Below are positions 63,021 through 64,000 of a stretch of DNA of 64,000 nucleotides, in pieces. Every line of letters begins with the position of its first letter. The stretch's first letter is position 1. Where the stretch lies: positions 73,284,001-73,348,000 of the forward strand of contig OX638153.1 in assembly GCA_951804945.1 (NCBI GenBank). Reading direction: 5' to 3'. Below the pieces are notes generated by a model. The model did not search any database, was not told where the DNA came from, and saw only the letters and a list, made by a program, of their open reading frames with translations. This DNA is from Podarcis cretensis (Eukaryota). Made by a program: the position numbers and the translations under genes.

Positions 63021-64000
63021 CTGCAAGAAAGCAGAGTGAAAAAATCCATCTGTCAAACAGCTTTTTGAAAAAACTTAGCTTCAATCGTAGAGCTTTTGCA
63101 ACCATTTTTAAAATACCTTCTGTTTACTAAGCACTGCTATGTTCCTAAGCTCCTTGGCTCCAGCAGATGTTTAGCCTTAGGTCGCTGTCCTATGCATGCT
63201 TAACTGGAAATAAGGCCCAATCCACTTGGTAGGACTTAATTTTGATGCATAAGATCACACAGTCCTCTTACTTCATCATCACAAGAAACTTAATTACCAT
63301 AATATAAAGTATATAGTCAAAAATGACTTGCAATTATATGAAAGCCAAAGCACTGAAATCTATATTTTGAAGACTGAAACTTAAAATCCACTGATACAGT
63401 ATGAAAAGAGCATAATGCATTTTAAAAAGGATTATATTTTGCTGAAGTAGGCAAATAAGCATGTGATGTCCTCAGCTTCACCCCAGTATTAGGGAAGTTG
63501 ATTCCTCTCCTCTCCATCCAGTTCTATCATGAATGTACTTCCTCAGAACTGGAAGATGACTAATGATCCATCTCTTTGTCGCTACACCATAATTGTGAAA
63601 ATGCATATCAAGTGACCATATGTTGCAACAGCAGATGCTTATGGGAAACACACAGGGACCTGAGCGCAGTAGTATTGTCCCCTCCTGCATTTTCCAGCAA
63701 CTGGTATTCAGAGACATTCTGCTTCTGTCAGAGGAGGTGGGACATCTTCCATGAATCTATCTCTTATCTTTTTGAAAGCCATACTGATGAACAAAATTCA
63801 CCTCTGCTTTGCTGTCAGTTACTTCAAGGCAAATCCCACAATTTGTCAGAGTGATGCTAGTTTGAGGGCATTGGGGAAAATTAAAATGGTGACAAGATCC
63901 AGCCATCTGCCACTGTTTGGTGTGCTGGTCCAGAAAGAAAATTAAACAAGGCCTAGTGCAGACATTGGCAGCGAGTCCTGGCAGCTGCCCAAGGGTACCA

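Noticed and set aside
63021-64000. Search for the penultimate SLC19A3 exon (FQIA...RYALVFG-type peptide)
   Set aside because: Not found in the remaining sequence; presumably beyond the window end.

Overview
Vertebrate nuclear DNA, almost certainly from a squamate and probably a lacertid lizard. The repeat content points there: Sauria SINEs, Squam2/Squam3-like tRNA SINEs, squamate L2/CR1/L1 and many hAT and Tc1-mariner MITEs. Four intron-containing genes were reconstructed by hand from splice sites and translation: the 3' half of MFF (+, four coding exons, stop at 15893); complete MRPL44 (+, four exons, 327 aa); complete AGFG1/HRB (+, 13 core exons giving 560 aa, plus cassette exons of 75 and 48 nt); and the last coding exon of SLC19A3 (-). 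Most ORF-track entries are spurious intronic or TE ORFs. The most notable items are: (1) an L1 fragment in the last MFF intron that keeps its 5' promoter and ORF1 but lacks ORF2 and polyA, flanked by a ~78-bp duplication, which forms a potential antisense ORF1p minigene; (2) a candidate in-frame 63/66-nt MFF cassette exon and a candidate poison exon in a TGCATG-rich intron region; (3) MRPL44 sitting between MFF and AGFG1, unlike the human gene order; (4) an ORF2-less HAL1-like element nested in an L2. No prokaryotic-type system (CRISPR, operon) is present. Family names come from recall of conserved sequences, not from database searches.
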